Shown here piece after piece: positions 26,281-36,196 of a stretch of 64,000 nt of DNA. The stretch lies in assembly GCA_043765195.1 (NCBI GenBank), contig JAYUJN010000001.1, positions 134,171 through 198,170 on the forward strand, given 5' to 3'. The notes beneath the pieces were generated by a model. It was not told where the DNA came from. It made no database searches and saw only the letters and a list, made by a program, of their open reading frames with translations. How positions within the stretch are numbered: position 1 is the first letter of the stretch; the number at the start of each line of letters is the position of its first letter. Made by a program: the position numbers and the translations under genes. This stretch comes from Bacteroidota bacterium (GTDB lineage: Bacteria; Bacteroidota; Bacteroidia; UBA7662; JAYUJN01).

Positions 26281-27374
26281 ACAAAACACGATTAAACATA
26301 GCCATTTTGGCTGCAATGAGCTTATTTTTGGGTAGCTGCGGTCCCGAAGTGCCTACAACACCTGTAAATGTGTATGAAAAAGGCGTTTTTTTGATGAACG
26401 AGGGCGCATTTTCGGGCGGTAGCGGCACGGTAACGCACTACAACCCAGATAGCAGCAAGGTGCGCCAAAATATTTTTGAAACAGAAAACGCACGCCCTTT
26501 GGGCAACGTAGGGCAAAGCATGGCTGTGATAGGCGAAAACACCTATTTGGTAGCCAACGGTGCCAACAAAATAGAGATAGTAGATGCCAAGTTTAAATCG
26601 GTGGGCGTAATAAATGCGGCTCAAATAGCGCAGCCACGCTACATTTTGGGCATAAATGCCAGCACGGCTTACGTGAGCCAGTGGGGCAGCGATGGTATTT
26701 CGGGCAAGGTTTTGGTGGTGGATTTGGCTACCAAACAGGTAACCAAAAGCATAGAAACGGGCAGCGGCTCGGAGCAGATGGTGCGTGTGGGCAACTTGGT
26801 TTTTGTGGTAAATGCTGGCGGTTTTGGCGTGGATAGCACCGTTGCGGTGATAGATGTAACGACCAATAGCCTCACCCAAAAAATTGTGGTGGGCAAGCAA
26901 CCTAACAGCATTTTGGTGGACAAAGCGGGTACGACCATTTGGGTGCTGTGCGGCGGCACGCAAGATTTTATGAACCCTGCCAACGATACCAAAGGCAGCA
27001 TTTGGCGCATAAATGCGGCTACAGCCGCTGTGATAGACCACCAAGATATGCCCACAAACACGTTTCACCCCGCCAAAATGGTGCTGGGCAATGAGTTTAG
27101 TGCGGTTTATTTTTTGAGCAATTATTATGGCGGCGAGGTGTTTAGTTGCACCCAAAACCCGTTGCAAATAAGCACATCGCCCGTAGTGCCTGGCAGCTTT
27201 TTGGTTATAGGCATAGACCCCGTGCGCAACAACCAACGCAATTTGTACGCCGCCAAAGGAAACTTTACGAGCAATGGCACGGCATACAAATACACCATAA
27301 CGAGTGCAAGTGCCGCCACCAAAACCGACAGTTTTGCGGTGGGGCTGATACCAACTTACTTTTTATTTAAGTAA
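26277..27374 (+). CDS. Beta-propeller surface lipoprotein (YncE/DUF5074-like), possible BtuG-type B12-capture protein
   Basis: The lipoprotein signal is LFLGSCGP. GVFLMNEGAFSGGSGTVTHYNP and repeated blade-like segments are present. The ATG overlaps the btuB stop. Confidence 0.7.
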   Translation: MNKTRLNIAILAAMSLFLGSCGPEVPTTPVNVYEKGVFLMNEGAFSGGSGTVTHYNPDSSKVRQNIFETENARPLGNVGQSMAVIGENTYLVANGANKIEIVDAKFKSVGVINAAQIAQPRYILGINASTAYVSQWGSDGISGKVLVVDLATKQVTKSIETGSGSEQMVRVGNLVFVVNAGGFGVDSTVAVIDVTTNSLTQKIVVGKQPNSILVDKAGTTIWVLCGGTQDFMNPANDTKGSIWRINAATAAVIDHQDMPTNTFHPAKMVLGNEFSAVYFLSNYYGGEVFSCTQNPLQISTSPVVPGSFLVIGIDPVRNNQRNLYAAKGNFTSNGTAYKYTITSASAATKTDSFAVGLIPTYFLFK

Positions 27375-27442
27375 AAAAGGTGTGCTAAAATATTAGCTTA
27401 CTACCTGCGCCCTACGCCCACCGAAAAAAAACATCAGAATAG

Positions 27443-27843
27443 GATTACGGGATTTTGGGATTTTCAGGATTGCAATAATCATGTCCACCTTTTAAACCAA
27501 CGGCTAAAGCCGTCGGCTATTGATTTTTATTCACAATTGCAATGAATTAATTATACCACAAACGTTTTTTCAATAGCCGACGGTTTTAACCGTTCGATTA
27601 CGGAATTATTGAAAAAAATAAATTTGTACAGACGTTGCAGTGCAACGTCTGTACAGCCAAAAAATCCACGTTCGTTGAGCGTAGCCGAAACGAACAATGC
27701 CCAGCAGCAAAAAATGTCGGAACAAGATTACGGGATTTTGGGATTTTCAGGATTGCGATGGAAAATCCTGTGCAGATAAAGAGCGTTTCGGCTACGCTCA
27801 ACGACCAAAATCCACGTTCGTTGAGCGTAGCCGAAACGAACAA
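27443..27843. repeat. Intergenic nest of at least four different small palindromic/direct repeat families
   Basis: A 31-nt direct repeat lies at 27443-27473 and 27726-27756. An imperfect inverted pair lies at 27495-27522 and 27571-27596. A 31-nt perfect palindrome lies at 27625-27655. A 37-nt direct repeat lies at 27661-27697 and 27807-27843, with an inverted 20-nt partial copy at 27785-27804. Confidence 0.9.
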
Positions 27844-27853
27844 AACACCCCAC

Positions 27854-29164
27854 TTAACCCTTTTTTGCCCAGCTTTGGCGGTCGGCGGCGGCAAAAGCCC
27901 AGGGTGCGCCGTTGTTCTCTATGTTGCCAAACATACCCGCCCACTCGCTCGGCACATTGCTTTCTTCCATCATGTTGTAGCGGCGCAGCTCTATTATAAT
28001 GTCCAGCGGATTTATTAAAATCGGGCAGGCTTCCACGCAGGCATTGCAGGTGGTGCAGGCTCTAATTTCTTCGGTGCTGATGTAATCGCCGAGCAAAGAT
28101 TTATTGTCCGAATAATTTTTGCCGTTTTTGGCTATGAGGTCGCTTACTTCCTCCAACCTATCTCGGGTATCCATCATTATTTTGCGTGGCGACAGCTTTT
28201 TGCCCGTAATATTGGCGGGGCAAACGCTGGTACAACGCCCGCACTCGGTGCAGCTATATGCGTCCATGAGGTTTTTCCAGCTCAGGTCCAGCACATCTTT
28301 TGCCCCAAAACGCTCGGCGGGTGCTGCCTCGCCAGTGGCGGCATAAGGGTTGGCATTGGGGTCGAGCATCAGTTTTACCTCTTGGGTTACGCTTTGCATA
28401 TTGCTAAGTGCGCCCAAGGGCTCGAGGCTGGCATAGTACGTGTTCGGAAAAGCCATAACGATGTGAAAATGCTTGCTGTACGGCAAGTAATTTAAAAACG
28501 CAAAAATGCCCAAAATGTGCGCCCACCAAGTGGCACGCTCTACTATGTGCAGCGTTTCGGGGCTAATGCCCGAAAAAACCAACGCCATGTATTGGCTCAC
28601 CAAAAAACCGCCCGTTTGGTAGCCATTGCCTTGTAGGTTGGCTTCGGCGGCGTTCATGAGCAGGAGCGCACCCATCAGTATTACTTCTACTATGAGTATA
28701 ATGTTGGCATCGGTGCGGGGAAACATGGTAAGCTCGGGGCTGCGGAAACGAGCCAGTTTTTGTATGTTTCGCCTCCAAAAGAAAACCACGCAAGCCACAA
28801 TAACCAGCAACGCCAGCACCTCAAAAAAGCTGATGGCTACATAATAAAAACCGCCCAAATACGGCGCAAAAAAGCGGTGTGTACCCAGCGCACCGTCTAT
28901 AAAAATTTCGGCTACCTCCACATTTATAAGCACAAAACCCACGTATATAAGCACATGAAAAAACGCCGCCACGGGTCTCGTCGTCATTTTACTTTGCCCC
29001 AAAGCCACTCGAGCCATTTGCGCCCAGCGTTTTATTTTTTGGTCGGAGTGCGGCGTGGCGGTAGGTCTGCCCAAAAAAATATTTCTCCTTATTTTGGCTA
29101 CTTTACGCCCAAAAAGTGCTATTGCCGCCGTGGCTAACAGTACGAATATAATTTGTTGTATCAT
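27854..29164 (-). CDS. Membrane-anchored (Fe-S)-binding protein with two 4Fe-4S ferredoxin motifs
   Basis: The N-terminal half has several TM helices. CTECGRCTSVCP and CTTCNACVEACP cluster motifs lie in the C-terminal half. Confidence 0.85.
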   Translation of the reverse strand: MIQQIIFVLLATAAIALFGRKVAKIRRNIFLGRPTATPHSDQKIKRWAQMARVALGQSKMTTRPVAAFFHVLIYVGFVLINVEVAEIFIDGALGTHRFFAPYLGGFYYVAISFFEVLALLVIVACVVFFWRRNIQKLARFRSPELTMFPRTDANIILIVEVILMGALLLMNAAEANLQGNGYQTGGFLVSQYMALVFSGISPETLHIVERATWWAHILGIFAFLNYLPYSKHFHIVMAFPNTYYASLEPLGALSNMQSVTQEVKLMLDPNANPYAATGEAAPAERFGAKDVLDLSWKNLMDAYSCTECGRCTSVCPANITGKKLSPRKIMMDTRDRLEEVSDLIAKNGKNYSDNKSLLGDYISTEEIRACTTCNACVEACPILINPLDIIIELRRYNMMEESNVPSEWAGMFGNIENNGAPWAFAAADRQSWAKKG

Positions 29165-29198
29165 TTTATGCTACAATTTAGTGTTTAAAATATGCTAT

Positions 29199-29513
29199 TT
29201 ACAAAAACCCCAGTTCCAACTGCGCCTCCTCGCTCATCAGGTCTTTGGTCCAGGCTGGCTCAAAGGTAAGCTCCACCTTCGCCGATTTTACGCCCGCCAA
29301 ACCCTTTATTTTGTCCTCTACCTCGAGCGGCAGCGTGCCAGCCACAGGGCAGCTGGGCGAAGTAAGCGTCATCACCACCACCACATTGCTATCCGTATCC
29401 ACGTTCACCTCGTACACCAGCCCAAGCTCAAAAATATTTACGGGTATTTCGGGGTCGTAAACGGTTTTTAGTATCTCTATAACCGAATTTTTTATTTGTA
29501 TAAATGATTGCAT
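29199..29513 (-). CDS. DUF59/SufT-like Fe-S cluster assembly protein
   Basis: VYDPEIPVNIFELGLVY and MTLTSPSCPV are typical DUF59 motifs. Confidence 0.85.
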   Translation of the reverse strand: MQSFIQIKNSVIEILKTVYDPEIPVNIFELGLVYEVNVDTDSNVVVVMTLTSPSCPVAGTLPLEVEDKIKGLAGVKSAKVELTFEPAWTKDLMSEEAQLELGFL

Positions 29514-29526
29514 AGTGCGTTTTGTT

Positions 29527-30549
29527 TTAATAAATTCCTTTTTGATTTAAAGCCGCCTGGTACTTTTGCGCATTTACCAAATGCTCGGCGTAGGTTACTG
29601 CAAAATTATGATGCCCCGAAAAGTCTTGGCTGGCACAAAAATACACATAATTATGCGTTTCTGCATCTAAAACCGCATCTACACTGGCTATCGAGGGCGT
29701 ACAAATGGGCGAAGGCGGCAAACCCTGCACCATGTAGGTATTGTAGGGCGATGCAAACTGCGTCATGGCAGTAGTAATGCGTTTAATGGCAAAATTGTTT
29801 AGGGCAAATTTCACCGTAGGGTCGGCTTGCAGCGGCATTCCCAGTTTTATTCTGTTCAAATACACGCCCGCAATGCGCTGTTTTTCGTCGTTTTGGTTGG
29901 TTTCTTCCTCCACAATGGCTGCCAGGCTCAGGGCTTGGTTTTGGGTCAATGAGTTGTTTTTTAGTTTTTCTAAGCGTTCTGCATTCCAAAACTTTTTGTA
30001 TTCTTTGTGCATTCGGCGCATAAACTGGTCGGGCGTGGTGGTCCAGTACATTTGGTAGCTGTTGGGTACAAACATACCCAGCACCGTTTGGCTATCCAGC
30101 CCAAACTGGCTCAAATACGCATTGTCGTAGAGCAAAGCGGTAAATGCGCTGCTGTCTTGCTCCAATTTTTTGGCAACTGCCTTGCCCAGCTCGTCCAGTT
30201 TTCTGAACTTTACAAAAGTAAGCGTAACTTCGTCTTGCTCGCCGTTCATCAGTTTTTTTAAAAATGCGTAGGTGCTCACGCCTCCTTTGAGTAGGTATTT
30301 GCCCGCTTTTATATGGCTCGGATACTTCATTTTGTTGGCTAAAAACACAAACTCCGCCTCGTTTTTCAGCAGTTTTTGTGCGTTTAAACTATCCAGCACC
30401 TGTGCAAAACTGGCGTTGGTAGGTATGTATATGTAGGTTTTTTGGGCAGGATTTAGGTTTGCCTTAAAAAAATAATTGTACCCAAACCAACCGCATACCA
30501 AGGCTACAACGGCTATAAAAATGGCGAAGAGCCTAAATATTTTTCTCAT
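29527..30549 (-). CDS. mltG: Endolytic murein transglycosylase MltG (YceG-like)
   Basis: N-terminal TM anchor, an ASIVEEE-like LAAIVEEETNQNDE segment, and LQADPTVKF plus SPYNTY motifs. Confidence 0.9.
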   Translation of the reverse strand: MRKIFRLFAIFIAVVALVCGWFGYNYFFKANLNPAQKTYIYIPTNASFAQVLDSLNAQKLLKNEAEFVFLANKMKYPSHIKAGKYLLKGGVSTYAFLKKLMNGEQDEVTLTFVKFRKLDELGKAVAKKLEQDSSAFTALLYDNAYLSQFGLDSQTVLGMFVPNSYQMYWTTTPDQFMRRMHKEYKKFWNAERLEKLKNNSLTQNQALSLAAIVEEETNQNDEKQRIAGVYLNRIKLGMPLQADPTVKFALNNFAIKRITTAMTQFASPYNTYMVQGLPPSPICTPSIASVDAVLDAETHNYVYFCASQDFSGHHNFAVTYAEHLVNAQKYQAALNQKGIY

Positions 30550-31108
30550 TTCGTTTTTTGTTTTTAAAAAAAATCTTTTTTATAATAAAGTAAAAAAGTG
30601 CGCACACCGCCGCCGCCGTAACCAGCGGAATGGCAATAGCCACAACCGAAAGCGTGGCAGCCAAGCCGTTTTCGGCGGTAGAAAACGCTGCGTTGCCCGT
30701 GCCGCCCGTAAATGCACTGAGCTTGGCACGGATAAAGCTGGTGCCAGCCTGCACCACGCCTGCGCTGCCGCCGCCCACCACCGCACCCAAGCCCCATTGT
30801 ATGAGTGGGTCGTTTGTGCCTGTGAGCATCGATGCCGAGAGCATCGTGCCAGCCGCCAGCGACAGCGGCGTGGTGATGGTATCCAGCAAATTATCTACAA
30901 ACGGAATGTAGTACGCCGCCACTTCTATGACCGCCGCCGTAGCAAAGCAAGCCGTAGCCGCCCAGCTACCCATCCACGCCAGGTTGGCGGTGAGCGGCAC
31001 AATGCCCCAATGCGATGCCAAACTGGCGGCAAGCAACGGAATAAACACCCGAAACCCGCACGCCGCACTCAGTGCTATACCCAAACAAATGCTTACTATC
31101 CAGCTCAT
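30533..31108 (-). CDS. DUF4126-like membrane protein
   Basis: GIALSAACGFRVFIPLLAASLASHWG and the glycine-rich TM pattern are as I recall for DUF4126. Confidence 0.7.
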   Translation of the reverse strand: MSWIVSICLGIALSAACGFRVFIPLLAASLASHWGIVPLTANLAWMGSWAATACFATAAVIEVAAYYIPFVDNLLDTITTPLSLAAGTMLSASMLTGTNDPLIQWGLGAVVGGGSAGVVQAGTSFIRAKLSAFTGGTGNAAFSTAENGLAATLSVVAIAIPLVTAAAVCALFYFIIKKIFFKNKKRNEKNI

Positions 31109-31112
31109 TTTT

Positions 31113-31793
31113 TTATGTTTTGTGTTTGTTTTCGTTCAAAATCACTTCCGCCAAAAGCATATCCAGCGGTTCGGTTATTTTTATGTTTGTAGCCTCGCCT
31201 GCCACCAGCCTAATTTCTTGCCCCAATGCCTCCACCACCGAAGCATCGTCGGTAAAGAGCGGCGAGTACGCTTGGTTATACGCTTTTTTTAGCAGCTCCA
31301 ACCCAAAAACCTGCGGCGTTTGTACCAGTTTAAAGGCACTTCTGTCGGCGGTGCGGTGCGTTACGGTGCTACGTATGCTGTCTTTTAGAGCCACCACGGG
31401 TATGGCGGCGGCGTGTTCTTTTGCTGCGTGGTACAGCTCGTTTATCAGTTTTTGGCTCACCAGCGGGCGCACGCCATCGTGTATGGCTACCAAGCAGTTG
31501 GGCGTTGGTTTTATGCTATCTATGGCATTTTTTACCGAAAAAAATCGCTCCGAGCCACCCACCACAAGGCTGTGCGGCGCATAAAAAGCGTATTTTACGC
31601 ACAATTGTTGCCAGTAAGCCACATAGTCGCTGTGCAGAATTAGCACAATTTCGGTGGCGGTATCGGCATCAAAAAACGCTTGCATGGTGTGCATCAAAAC
31701 GGGTTTGCCGCCCAGCACCAAAAACTGTTTTGGTATCTGGCTTTGCATTCTGCTTCCGATACCTGCGGCTACCACCAAAGCTATTTTTTTCAT
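31113..31793 (-). CDS. ispD: 2-C-methyl-D-erythritol 4-phosphate cytidylyltransferase
   Basis: MKKIALVVAAGIGSRMQSQIPKQFL and VAIHDGVRP are the IspD signatures. Confidence 0.9.
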   Translation of the reverse strand: MKKIALVVAAGIGSRMQSQIPKQFLVLGGKPVLMHTMQAFFDADTATEIVLILHSDYVAYWQQLCVKYAFYAPHSLVVGGSERFFSVKNAIDSIKPTPNCLVAIHDGVRPLVSQKLINELYHAAKEHAAAIPVVALKDSIRSTVTHRTADRSAFKLVQTPQVFGLELLKKAYNQAYSPLFTDDASVVEALGQEIRLVAGEATNIKITEPLDMLLAEVILNENKHKT

Positions 31794-31881
31794 TTACGCT
31801 GCTAAAATAAGCCTCAAATGTACAAAAATATATGGTTTTTTTATACAATATTTCACACAAAATTTATGGTTGAGTGCGGCT

Positions 31882-31927
31882 ACAAAAACACACGACCAAG
31901 TGGTTTGCGGTGCAGTACTTGGTCGTG
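31882..31927 (-). terminator. Probable rho-independent terminator downstream of the glutamate dehydrogenase gene
   Basis: An 11-bp perfect stem (cacgaccaagt at 31891-31901, acttggtcgtg at 31917-31927) is followed on the minus strand by tgtttttgt. Confidence 0.65.
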
Positions 31928-31962
31928 TAAATGTATTTAATAAAAGAAATAAATGCGCAAAA

Positions 31963-33417
31963 TCATGGGAAAATGCCGAGTGATTCGTAGCTAACGGCTA
32001 TTTTTCTGATGGCTGTGGCAAATGCTGCCGTGCGGTAGTCGGGTATGCCCAGCTCGTTTTTGGTAGCCCTTATGGCGTGGTAGGCGTTAATCATGGTTTC
32101 TTCCAAGCCCGAATATACAAAGTCCAGCTCGTCTGCGCCTCGCTCTATTTGTGCGTGTTGGTCGGCACTAAAAGTTTTGCCCGTCATGTCTTCTACGGCA
32201 CTCAAAATATTGCGGTTCATATTGCCTTCGTAGCGCTTGCCCAACCTACCAAAGCGCACGTGCGACAGGTTTTTGAGCCACTCGAAGTAAGATACCGTTA
32301 CGCCACCTGCGTTTAGGTAAATATCGGGTATGATTACAATTCCTTTTTCTATCAAAATGGCTTCGGCTTCGGGTGTGGTGGGTCCGTTGGCGGCTTCGGC
32401 TATTATTTTTGCTTGTATTTTATGGGCATTGCCTACGTGCAGTTGGTTTTCGAGGGCTGCGGGTATGAGTATGTCGCATTTTAGCTCGAGCGCATCGGCG
32501 GAGTTGGCTATGTTTGTGCAGTCTTTAAAATTGAGCAGCGATTTGGTGGCTTGGCGGTGCTGAAATGCCTCTTCGTAATTGATGCCGTTTTCGTTGTAAA
32601 TTGCGCCCTCTGCCTCGGCTATGGCTATTATTTTTGCGCCCGCCTCATGAAAAAACTTGGCGGAGTGGTAGCCCACATTGCCCAAGCCTTGCACCACAAT
32701 GGTTTTGCCAGCCACGCCTGTGGTTAGCCCCAGTGCGTCCATGTCTTCTTTTACGTCGCATACTTCTCTGATGCCGTAAAAAACGCCCAAGCCCGTGGCT
32801 TCTTTCCTACCCCTGATGCCGCCTTGTGTAATCGGTTTGCCCGTTACGCAGCCCAAGCTGTTTAGCTCTGGGTTAAAAGTGGCGTAGGTGTCGGCTATCC
32901 AAGCCATTTCTCTTTCGCCTGTGCCGTAGTCGGGGGCTGGCACATCTACTGCTGGTCCTATAAAGTTCTTTTTTACCAATTCGGCTGCGTAGCGGCGGGT
33001 AATGCGCTCGAGCTCGCCCACCGAATATTTGCGTGGGCTTATGGTTATACCGCCTTTTCCGCCGCCAAACGGCACATCTACAATGGCGCATTTGTAGGTC
33101 ATGAGGGCGGCGAGCGCCATTACCTCATCTTGGGTTACAAACTGCGAGTAGCGTATGCCGCCCTTGGTGGGCAATTTGTGGTGGCTATGCTCGGCTCGGT
33201 ATGCCTCTATGGTTTCTATGCTGCCATCGTCACGTTTTATCGGAAAACGCATTTGATACACGCTGTTACAGTATTTAATTTGTTCCAGTAACCCATCGGG
33301 GTACTGTAAGTATTGGGCTGCCTTATCGAAATAGTGCAGTACGTCCTGAAAAAAACTATGTGTACGCAATTCTTCTAATTTAGATTGTGCCACACCTTTT
33401 GGTGTTCCTTTTGACAT
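31963..33417 (-). CDS. Glu/Leu/Phe/Val dehydrogenase family protein (glutamate dehydrogenase-like)
   Basis: The catalytic-lysine motif [10 protein letters not shown] and the NAD(P) Rossmann motif [10 protein letters not shown] are present. Confidence 0.9.
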   Translation of the reverse strand: MSKGTPKGVAQSKLEELRTHSFFQDVLHYFDKAAQYLQYPDGLLEQIKYCNSVYQMRFPIKRDDGSIETIEAYRAEHSHHKLPTKGGIRYSQFVTQDEVMALAALMTYKCAIVDVPFGGGKGGITISPRKYSVGELERITRRYAAELVKKNFIGPAVDVPAPDYGTGEREMAWIADTYATFNPELNSLGCVTGKPITQGGIRGRKEATGLGVFYGIREVCDVKEDMDALGLTTGVAGKTIVVQGLGNVGYHSAKFFHEAGAKIIAIAEAEGAIYNENGINYEEAFQHRQATKSLLNFKDCTNIANSADALELKCDILIPAALENQLHVGNAHKIQAKIIAEAANGPTTPEAEAILIEKGIVIIPDIYLNAGGVTVSYFEWLKNLSHVRFGRLGKRYEGNMNRNILSAVEDMTGKTFSADQHAQIERGADELDFVYSGLEETMINAYHAIRATKNELGIPDYRTAAFATAIRKIAVSYESLGIFP

Positions 33418-33469
33418 TTTTTTGGTGGTATTTTAGGGGTTGATGATGTATAAAATGTTTTTTATTAGG

Positions 33470-33622
33470 CTATTCTTTCTCTAATTTTTGTATTTTTTTG
33501 TCCAGCCTTATCAGGTACAATATTAAGCCAAAAAATATTAATAACAAAATAGCAATTACGACAAATATTTTTCCTTGGCTGCGCATCAGGTCTGCCATTT
33601 CTACGGTGTTTTGCAGGTTCAT
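33470..33622 (-). CDS. CcmD-like small membrane protein (50 aa)
   Basis: Hand translation gives MNLQNTVEMADLMRSQGKIFVVIAILLLIFFGLILYLIRLDKKIQKLEKE. It has a single TM segment and starts 2 nt after the stop of the CcmC-like gene. It is below the track cutoff. Confidence 0.55.
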   Translation of the reverse strand: MNLQNTVEMADLMRSQGKIFVVIAILLLIFFGLILYLIRLDKKIQKLEKE

Positions 33623-33624
33623 TT

Positions 33625-34452
33625 TTAGTTGTTTTTATTTTTTTCTATGGAGATATTTTTTACACGCACCATAAGCTCCGCTACCCAAATACCCAGCATC
33701 GAAAACCCAATAATGGCGGGATAAAACACGGTGCGCATGGTGTTGTCGAGGTCGTATTTGCCAAAGGCTGGGTTGCCGCCGTTGCCTGGGTGTAGGCTGT
33801 CGGTGAGGCGTGGCAGTATAAACAGCAAGGGTATCATGGCTGAATAGGCAAAAATGTTGTAAATGGCGGCTATTTTGGCTCTTTGTTGGTCTTCTTTTAT
33901 GCTGCCACGTAGTATTATGTAGGCGGCGTAAATGAGCAGGCATATCGCTGCCGAGTTTTGCTTGGGGTCGCTGCTCCAATACTCACCCCAAGTGAATTTA
34001 GCCCAAACTGCGCCCGTAACAATGCCCAAAAGGCCCAAGATAAACCCAATTTTTGTGGTGGCTTCGGCTAAGTAGTCGGTGTTTTGGTTTTTGAAAACCC
34101 GAAGTGTGAAGTAATAAAAAAGGCTGGTGCCGCCGATGGTGAGTGGCGCTTGAAATCCTTTTTGCTTAAACAAAACCATAATGGCTGCGATGCCGAGCGT
34201 GGCGATGTTAAAAAAGTTGAGGTTGCGCAGCAGCGTGGGCGATGTGGTGCTGGTGCCAGCCAACTGCATGATGCTGTAACCGCAGGCACTGGTGAGTATG
34301 AGTATCATGCCAAACCACATGGGTACGTGAAAGTACAGCGCACGAATGGTTTCGTTTAGGACTTCTAAGCGTGGCACGGGCAGCAAAAAGCCAGCTACAA
34401 TGGTGTAGGTGAGCAATAAAACTGTGGTGATTTTATAGGTTTTGTTTTTCAC
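33625..34452 (-). CDS. Cytochrome c biogenesis haem-handling protein (CcmC/CcsA family)
   Basis: Multi-pass membrane protein with the W-rich haem-handling motif region WGEYWSSDPKQNSA. Confidence 0.75.
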   Translation of the reverse strand: MKNKTYKITTVLLLTYTIVAGFLLPVPRLEVLNETIRALYFHVPMWFGMILILTSACGYSIMQLAGTSTTSPTLLRNLNFFNIATLGIAAIMVLFKQKGFQAPLTIGGTSLFYYFTLRVFKNQNTDYLAEATTKIGFILGLLGIVTGAVWAKFTWGEYWSSDPKQNSAAICLLIYAAYIILRGSIKEDQQRAKIAAIYNIFAYSAMIPLLFILPRLTDSLHPGNGGNPAFGKYDLDNTMRTVFYPAIIGFSMLGIWVAELMVRVKNISIEKNKNN

Positions 34453-34479
34453 GGTATGTCTTTTTATGTAAAATGAATT

Positions 34480-36060
34480 TTAGACGTTTATGGTTTCATC
34501 TTGTTTGTTAAAAAAAGCATATTGGGTGAGGTGGTAGGTTTTTTCGGGGGCTATGCGCACCCAGTTTTTGTATTTTAGCAGCCACTTTACCTGTTTGCTG
34601 GCTATGCCTTTGGTTAGGTAAGCGGCTACAAATGGGTTTACGTGCAGTTTTATGTTTTTTTCGTTTTGCTGCTGCAATATGTGCCTTAGGTTTTCTTCTA
34701 TTTGGTCTATGATAAGCCCTGTGGGGCGCACTTTGCCCGTGCCTGCGCAATCGGGGCAGGTTTCGGCTACGGCTATTTCTATTTCGGGGCGCACACGCTC
34801 TCGGGTTATTTGCATCAGCCCAAACTTACTAATGGGCAGTATGGTGTGCCTGGCACGGTCGGCAGCCATAAAATCCTGCATTTCTTTTTGCAGTTTGTTG
34901 CGCAGGGCGGGCGTTTTTAGGTCTATAAAATCTATGACTATAATGCCGCCCATGTCTCTTAGTCGGAGCTGGCGTGCTATTTCGGCGGCGGCTTCCACAT
35001 TTACCTGATACACGTTTTCCTCTCGGTTGGTTTTGTCTTGGTTGCCGAGCTTACTGCCACTGTTTACATCTATTACGTGCATGGCTTCGGTATGCTCTAT
35101 AATGAGGTAAGAGCCGCCGCCCATGGTTACATTTGTACCAAACAAGCCTTGAATTTGCTTGTCTATACCAAAGTTTTCGAAGAGCGTTTGTTTGGCATTT
35201 TTGTGTAGTTTTACAATGTTTACCTTATCGGGCGCAATGTTGGAAATGTAGTTTTTTACCTCCCCAAAAATAATTACGTCGTCGGTTACTATCTGGTCAA
35301 AAGAGTCGTTTAGCAGGTCTCGGAGTATGCCCGAGGTGCGGTCTATTTCACGCAGCAGGCGTGTGGGCGCTACGGCGGTGTTGGCGTTTTGCAGCGAGTC
35401 TTCCCAGCGTTTTGCCAGGTCTCTAATGTCTTTGCTTAGTTCTTCGCTGCTTATGTTTTCGGCTGCGGTGCGCACTATCACCCCAAAGTTACGGGGTTTT
35501 ATGCTTTGTATCAAGTTTTTTAGGCGTTTGCGCTCGTCGAGGCTTTTTAGCTTTTTCGATATAGATATTACATTGCTAAATGGTACTAAAACCACGTACC
35601 TTCCCGCCAGCGATAGGTCGCACGAGAGCCTCGGTCCTTTGGTAGAAATCGGTTCTTTGACCACTTGCACCAGCACATCTTGGCTTTTGTTTATGAGTTC
35701 GCTTATTTTGCCATTTTTATTTATTTCGGGCAGCAGCACAAACTCATTTAGCATCGGGTTTTTGCGTGAGCCGCTTAGTAGCTCGGTGCTGTATTTGCGC
35801 AGTGAGGCGTACTGTGGTCCGAGGTCGAAGTAGTGCAAAAAAGCATCTCGCTCGTAGCCTATGTCCACGAACACGGCGTTTAACGATGTATTTATTTTTT
35901 TTACTTTACCTAAGTAAATGTCGCCTACCGAAAATTCTTTTGAGTTTGCTTCTTGGTGTAGTTCTACCAGTTTTTTGTCTTCCAAAAGGGCTATTTGTGC
36001 GCCTTTTAGCGATGAACTTATATATAGCGATTTGCTTATTTGAGGATTGTTGTCGGACAT
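34480..36060 (-). CDS. rng: Rne/Rng family ribonuclease (RNase G-like)
   Basis: N-terminal S1 domain (VGDIYLGKVKKINTSLNAVFVDIG), the catalytic region VIDVNSG, and a C-terminal Zn-link-like CPDCAGTG. Confidence 0.9.
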   Translation of the reverse strand: MSDNNPQISKSLYISSSLKGAQIALLEDKKLVELHQEANSKEFSVGDIYLGKVKKINTSLNAVFVDIGYERDAFLHYFDLGPQYASLRKYSTELLSGSRKNPMLNEFVLLPEINKNGKISELINKSQDVLVQVVKEPISTKGPRLSCDLSLAGRYVVLVPFSNVISISKKLKSLDERKRLKNLIQSIKPRNFGVIVRTAAENISSEELSKDIRDLAKRWEDSLQNANTAVAPTRLLREIDRTSGILRDLLNDSFDQIVTDDVIIFGEVKNYISNIAPDKVNIVKLHKNAKQTLFENFGIDKQIQGLFGTNVTMGGGSYLIIEHTEAMHVIDVNSGSKLGNQDKTNREENVYQVNVEAAAEIARQLRLRDMGGIIVIDFIDLKTPALRNKLQKEMQDFMAADRARHTILPISKFGLMQITRERVRPEIEIAVAETCPDCAGTGKVRPTGLIIDQIEENLRHILQQQNEKNIKLHVNPFVAAYLTKGIASKQVKWLLKYKNWVRIAPEKTYHLTQYAFFNKQDETINV

Positions 36061-36196
36061 ACGGATTTATTTGAATTTTTTGGGTGCAGTGCGCTGGTTG
36101 TTTTTTATTGTTTTTGGATTGGCTTTCTGCATTTTACAAAACTACTGCTTTTTTGGCTAAAAACAAAAGATAAAGTAAAATCTTATTGATTTTCAG

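Noticed and set aside
27598-28018. ORFs 27598-27894 (-), 27635-28018 (+) and 27697-27999 (+)
   Set aside because: They span the palindromic repeat nest and run antisense into the Fe-S protein gene. They are most likely artefacts of repeat sequence.
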